Shown: positions 39,243 through 43,570 of the stretch, piece after piece
Layout: every line of letters starts with the position of its first letter
How positions within the stretch are numbered: the stretch's first letter is position 1
Source: a virus
Reading direction: 5' to 3' (one strand)
DNA: 43,570 bases
IMG/VR virus record: IMGVR_UViG_3300027852_000016
Span: 1 to 43,570 of that record
Translations under genes and position numbers: made by a program
Notes under the pieces: model-generated
The model's input: the letters and a program-made list of their open reading frames with translations, nothing else
What the model was told of the DNA's origin: nothing
Database searches by the model: none

Positions 39243-41695
39243 TGAAATTATTCAAAGAACCATTTAACGGAAAGTACGATGGTGTAACACCGGCTACTTT
39301 ACTACCTGCTGGTAGTGTCGCCGATGGATTAAACATGAGGAAGGTGGGTAAACTAGGTGGGTGGAAAGCACGTAAAGGATGTACTCTACATAATACTACG
39401 ACTCTTGGTGCTAATAGTATTTTATCTATCCATCAGTACACTCATCCAATGAATGCTGATTACCACTTCATGGCACAATATAATGGAAACCTATACGATG
39501 CAACCAACGATCCACCTGCTTCTGGCACAACTTTCGGTAGCAGTATTAGTTCAGACCTAAGTACCACGCAGCCAGGGTTCTCCTGTATGGTTAACGACCA
39601 GTTCTTCTATGCTGATGGTTCAGCGCCGTTAACCTGGGGTGGAGATAATCCATACTGTGTTGGTTTTAAAATATTCAGAGATGGTACAAAGGTAGATATA
39701 AACTCTTTCACTAATGAAGTAACAGATGGAAAAACAACAACATACGCAACTTTTAGGAATGATGCAGATGATGATCTTTATATATGTAGCCCTGAAAGGA
39801 TGAATAAGATAAGTATAGAAGTAGGTTCAACGGTTAACTCAGAAACAGCAACCATAACGTTGTATGCTATGAGGTCTGGTTCATGGACTGATACATCAGA
39901 GACAGACGGTACAGCATCTGGTGGAGCCACACTAGCTCAGGACGGTGATATAACGTGGGCCAGTAACACGGCAGATGAAATGTCTCTAATAGATAACCAG
40001 ATGGGTTACTGGTATAAGATAGAGTTTAGCGCAGCTATTACAAGTGGAACCCAGGTTACATCATGCAAGGTTGAGTATGATATGTGTGAAGTAACTAATA
40101 AATGGAATGGTGTGTTTGAGTATCCAGCAGCAGTTAGGCAATACAATAATACATCTAAGGAATACGCTAACTTAACAGGTAAGATTACTAATGAATCTAC
40201 AGGTACTTATGCTCAGATGGATGCAGTTGATACCGATGGATGGTTATATATCAAAACGATTGAACCTATAATTGCTGTAGGTTTTGCAGTTGTAGATGGG
40301 TATGAGAATACAGCGGCTGTAACTATAGATGCTATACAGACATGGGATGGCTCCTCGTGGACAAGTGTTGGTACGTTAACTGACGGTACATTAGATAATA
40401 CATCGTCAACTAAGACATTAACCCAATCAGGTTTAATAGCCTTTGATAGAACCACTGTCACCCCTATAAGAAGGACAACACTTAACGATAACGTAGCTGG
40501 TTATTGGTATCGAGTTGGTACAGACGGTACACTAGACAACGATGCAGATGATATTAGGGTTTCTTCTATAGTTGTAGCCGCTAAGCCAGACGCCCTCGAT
40601 GCAGTTGACGGTGTCATTGAATTTAAAGATAGGCTTTTCATGTGGGGTGAAGTTGAATATCCAAACAGATTAAGATATTCATGTGCTGATCGCCCTGATT
40701 GTTTCTCTGGTAGTGATAGTAGGCATACTAAACAGATTGGAGATATGAGCAAGATAGTTGCAGCAGCTCACTTCTACCATGAGCTAATGGTATTCAAAGC
40801 CAATGAGATATGGTTACTTGAAGGATATAGCCCAGCAACATTTGGGCCAGCTAAAGTATGTAAGACTATTGGATGTTGTTCACCTAAGACAGTACAGATA
40901 ATCGAAACAGGCTACCCATCAATTAAAACAGATGAGCCAATGTCAATAGCTATCTGGATGGATACCGATGGTATATATGTATTCGATGGTAGAAAGCCAA
41001 TGAAAGTATCTGGGCCAGTTAATCATTACTTTGATACAGAATACTCAACAGCTATTGAGGCAGCAAAGCTAGATAACTGTCAGAGTTTCGTAGATAGACT
41101 AAAAAATGAATACCATTTAATAGTTCCATATTCAGCCACACAGGCAGGGTTTGAAATAGTTTATAACTATATATCTGACGAGTTCTATCCTAGCTGGACA
41201 AGGCAAATTGACCTAGTAACTGGATTATCTATTAGAGGTACAGATAACAGGTATTACACATACGGTGGATCCAGAGGTGGTTTAGTTATGAGGCTAGAGG
41301 ATGATACATCAGATAAGACCACAGCAAATGCAGACCAAGGAATAAATCACAGTATTAAAACAAGAGCTATAAGCGCTGAACAAGGTATAACAACCACTAT
41401 GCGGTTCACCTTCAGGGGAGTCCATATAGAGGCTGTAGCTCGTACTTCTCCAACAACCAAGACAATCACATGTAACTTCTTCAAAGATCTAGCCACGTCA
41501 GGAACAGAGCTTGTTACACCGGATGTAATGGATCTGGCTAACGCTGGTTATGGCTTAGTATTGCCTAAGCTATCAGCTAGTGAAGAGAACTGTGGTGCAT
41601 TTCAATTAGAGTTCTCAGTTACAGAAGACGATCTTGAGCTAGAGGTGCATTCATTCCTGTACGCAGTTGATGTCAGAGGGGAGATTGACTTTTAA
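39239..41695 (+). CDS. tail nozzle / tail-tubular-B-position protein (818 aa), by position and size
   Basis: Its size is close to podovirus nozzle proteins. ATGA overlap with the previous gene. Confidence 0.4.
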   Translation: MMKLFKEPFNGKYDGVTPATLLPAGSVADGLNMRKVGKLGGWKARKGCTLHNTTTLGANSILSIHQYTHPMNADYHFMAQYNGNLYDATNDPPASGTTFGSSISSDLSTTQPGFSCMVNDQFFYADGSAPLTWGGDNPYCVGFKIFRDGTKVDINSFTNEVTDGKTTTYATFRNDADDDLYICSPERMNKISIEVGSTVNSETATITLYAMRSGSWTDTSETDGTASGGATLAQDGDITWASNTADEMSLIDNQMGYWYKIEFSAAITSGTQVTSCKVEYDMCEVTNKWNGVFEYPAAVRQYNNTSKEYANLTGKITNESTGTYAQMDAVDTDGWLYIKTIEPIIAVGFAVVDGYENTAAVTIDAIQTWDGSSWTSVGTLTDGTLDNTSSTKTLTQSGLIAFDRTTVTPIRRTTLNDNVAGYWYRVGTDGTLDNDADDIRVSSIVVAAKPDALDAVDGVIEFKDRLFMWGEVEYPNRLRYSCADRPDCFSGSDSRHTKQIGDMSKIVAAAHFYHELMVFKANEIWLLEGYSPATFGPAKVCKTIGCCSPKTVQIIETGYPSIKTDEPMSIAIWMDTDGIYVFDGRKPMKVSGPVNHYFDTEYSTAIEAAKLDNCQSFVDRLKNEYHLIVPYSATQAGFEIVYNYISDEFYPSWTRQIDLVTGLSIRGTDNRYYTYGGSRGGLVMRLEDDTSDKTTANADQGINHSIKTRAISAEQGITTTMRFTFRGVHIEAVARTSPTTKTITCNFFKDLATSGTELVTPDVMDLANAGYGLVLPKLSASEENCGAFQLEFSVTEDDLELEVHSFLYAVDVRGEIDF

Positions 41696-42927
41696 TGGCA
41701 GAGAAAAATAGGAAGAACTATCTAATGAGTGAAGATAGTATAATACAATACTATAAGAACCCAGAAAGATATCTATATCAATCACTTGAAATAGAATCAC
41801 AGTTTGAAAGGCCATATGATTATGATTCATACAGAGCAAGACATTTAGCACTACCAAGACAGGAGTGGCCTAGCTATGATCCTGGAGCTGTAGGGAGTGT
41901 TAATGGAGGTCTTAGGCCAAGGATAGATGATCCATCTGGTGAGTGTAACAGGTGTGACATATATCTACCTTTTCCTCCCTACGAGGATGATTGTTCAGAT
42001 GGTATGGACTGGTTAACATCTTCATTATGCACTTGGTATCCAATGTCTAGCCAGCATCCTGATGTTACAGTTGAGATTGTCGACTATCTCGGAGAATGGC
42101 TAACCATAGAGGATGACTGGTTTTTTGGGGATCTTGGTGGGCATCTAACTTTTGGGTTAAATTCAGGAGATCACCAAATAAATATAAGTATAATAGATAG
42201 TGCAGGTAATTTCTGCGACAGAACTAGTATACCGTTTAATTGTTCTTCGAGCCAATGTCCACCTGAAACTTCCATCTCATGGGATGATTCAGTTAGCTCG
42301 GAGACTATAGCCAGAGATGGCAGTTGTATTATAGCTATCCTGGATGGAGTTGGCCCGTACCACTGGACAGAAACAGGTACGGCCTTCTCTTTAACTAATG
42401 AATACACTGATGGGTTGGTTAATGAGTTAAATGCTGGATCTACGGCTTGTGGCTCTAGTACTATAACGGTAACCGATGCTTGCGGTGAGACTATTACTGG
42501 TTGGGTTAGGTGTACGACTGGTCAGTGGGTTTACCAAGGCGCACATAGTGGCGAGTGCATGTCTTCTGGGCCTGGTTATTTTGTAAACAATCTAGGCCCT
42601 CATTATGCTAGGTATTACTTTGATTACGGGAATAAGAGGCAAGAGCAATTAACTCAATGGGGGTGGTTAAGTTCAGCTCCATCAGGAGAAACAGCTTGCT
42701 CATATGAATCTTCCGGTTACTGGGGTGGCTTTGATACTGTCCAGGAGTATTGTGTTGATTTAGTCAATATTGTTGGTACTTGTATCATTGATGAAGATAA
42801 TTGCGCAGACGGTGTAAATGCTTATTGGTTTGATAATTATAACACTTGGTGCTCATATAACGGAGTAGCAAAAGATGCTAGATGTATATGCGCCACTTCG
42901 TTATCCTATCATTTATGGACGTGTTAA
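41695..42927 (+). CDS. Cys- and Trp-rich virion-module protein (410 aa)
   Basis: I count 20 Cys, all after residue 83, and many Trp/Gly/Tyr. No motif recognised. Confidence 0.6.
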   Translation: MAEKNRKNYLMSEDSIIQYYKNPERYLYQSLEIESQFERPYDYDSYRARHLALPRQEWPSYDPGAVGSVNGGLRPRIDDPSGECNRCDIYLPFPPYEDDCSDGMDWLTSSLCTWYPMSSQHPDVTVEIVDYLGEWLTIEDDWFFGDLGGHLTFGLNSGDHQINISIIDSAGNFCDRTSIPFNCSSSQCPPETSISWDDSVSSETIARDGSCIIAILDGVGPYHWTETGTAFSLTNEYTDGLVNELNAGSTACGSSTITVTDACGETITGWVRCTTGQWVYQGAHSGECMSSGPGYFVNNLGPHYARYYFDYGNKRQEQLTQWGWLSSAPSGETACSYESSGYWGGFDTVQEYCVDLVNIVGTCIIDEDNCADGVNAYWFDNYNTWCSYNGVAKDARCICATSLSYHLWTC

Positions 42928-42929
42928 CT

Positions 42930-43397
42930 ATGTATATACCAGAAGAATTTAAAGCAGATATAGAAGTGTTTGGGCAAGGGGTTTTACACGGAATGGTAGA
43001 CCTCTTGAAGCTTATAAAGAAACATGAAATAGAAATCGATGACTTCATCGAATGGAGGGCTGAACAATACGCAGTCAATAGGAAGAGTATGGAGCTGAAT
43101 GAATCCTTCAGGAAGAATGTACAATCCAAGTTAAAGACTTGCGATGAGTGCGGTTCTGCAATGGCTCCAATGGAAGTTAATAATACACCTGGCACAATGA
43201 TAGGTGGTTCATATAAAAGTCAATGGTACTGTAGAGATTGTGGTCATGCAGTATTCTCAAAGAAGACACCACAAGCCTTAATGAAAGCTATAGGAATCAG
43301 TAAGAGGTTCTTGAAGGTAAACGCTAAACAACAATGGAGACTACGAAATGGCAAATGGAATAGGGTTGTTCCTTCCAAGCGAGGCAGCGTACAGTAG
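42930..43397 (+). CDS. zinc-ribbon protein (155 aa from ATG 42930)
   Basis: CDECGS...(24 aa)...CRDCGH. The ATG lies 3 nt after the previous stop. The track start 42882 lies inside the upstream gene. Confidence 0.55.
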   Translation: MYIPEEFKADIEVFGQGVLHGMVDLLKLIKKHEIEIDDFIEWRAEQYAVNRKSMELNESFRKNVQSKLKTCDECGSAMAPMEVNNTPGTMIGGSYKSQWYCRDCGHAVFSKKTPQALMKAIGISKRFLKVNAKQQWRLRNGKWNRVVPSKRGSVQ

Positions 43398-43570
43398 GCC
43401 TGGAACATATGAAGATGCACTCAGGGCTGAAGCACAGAAGCAAGCAGCATACTTAAGCTCAATGGATCAATACTATGCAGAGCTTGAGGAGTCAACTAGG
43501 CAATTCAACGAAACCATGGCTTGGTCTCAAGAAAGCTTTAAGTTGGCAGCAGATGCAAAGAGATGGGAGA
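43348..43570 (+). CDS. 5' part of the junction-spanning gene (full product about 212 aa, charged coiled-coil-like virion-module protein)
   Basis: ATG at 43348 (MANGIGLFLPSEAAYSRPGTYEDALRAEAQKQAAYLSSMDQYY...) runs in frame into the repeat. It continues as track ORF 19..543 once the overlap is collapsed. Confidence 0.65.
   Translation, partial: MANGIGLFLPSEAAYSRPGTYEDALRAEAQKQAAYLSSMDQYYAELEESTRQFNETMAWSQESFKLAADAKRWE
43444..43570. repeat. terminal direct repeat, copy 2 (identical to 1-127)
   Basis: Same 127-nt string as the window start. Confidence 0.9.

Noticed and set aside
925-43195. All minus-strand ORFs in the track (for example 1961..2383 at 140 aa, 5619..6047 at 142 aa, 12180..12641 at 153 aa, 28563..28928 at 121 aa, 42878..43195 at 105 aa)
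   Set aside because: Each lies antisense to a longer, motif-bearing or tightly coupled + strand gene. They lack RBS contexts and have low-complexity or hydrophobic antisense-type composition. The genome is otherwise strictly unidirectional.

Overview
This window is a complete tailed dsDNA phage genome. Bases 1-127 recur exactly at 43444-43570 and one gene is continuous across that join, so the unique length is 43,443 bp. All credible genes lie on the + strand. Packing is tight, with many ATGA/TAATG start-stop overlaps and strong GGAG-type ribosome-binding sites.

Layout in the direction of transcription:
(i) 8911-8953 is a strong intrinsic terminator. It is followed by a 1.24-kb ORF-free, repeat-dense control or origin-like region (8954-10194).
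(ii) 10195-15438 holds about 25 small early genes, rich in tandem paralog families. They include an ArdA C-terminal-like anti-restriction candidate and four stand-alone copies of the N-terminal domain of the phage's own HNH endonucleases.
(iii) 15442-22171 is a replication, recombination and nucleotide module. It encodes a DnaB-type helicase, a Cas4/RecB-like Cys-cluster nuclease, an SSB-like protein ending in DDLPF, a short ThyA-fold enzyme, a PD-(D/E)XK resolvase-like nuclease, an HNH-AP2 endonuclease and a metallophosphoesterase.
(iv) 22172-22853 is a 682-nt ORF-free island that looks like structured RNA.
(v) 22854-27807 holds small genes, a second HNH gene broken by one in-frame TGA, an M15-like peptidase, a class II ribonucleotide reductase and a DUF1353/PLA2-like protein.
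(vi) 27782 through the junction to 8903 is the packaging and virion module in podovirus-like order: TerS-like, TerL, portal, scaffold, major capsid, beta-helix protein, tail-tube-sized proteins, a 20-Cys protein, a 1132-aa internal-type protein, a repeat-containing tail fibre and a membrane protein.

A roughly 75-nt conserved non-coding element occurs at two module boundaries (19771 and 37210), with a shorter third copy of its first 16 nt at 9120.

I could not recognise a DNA polymerase, primase, RNA polymerase, integrase, repressor, tRNA or CRISPR array.

All functional calls rest on motifs read by eye in the translations and on gene order. No database search or folding program was run.
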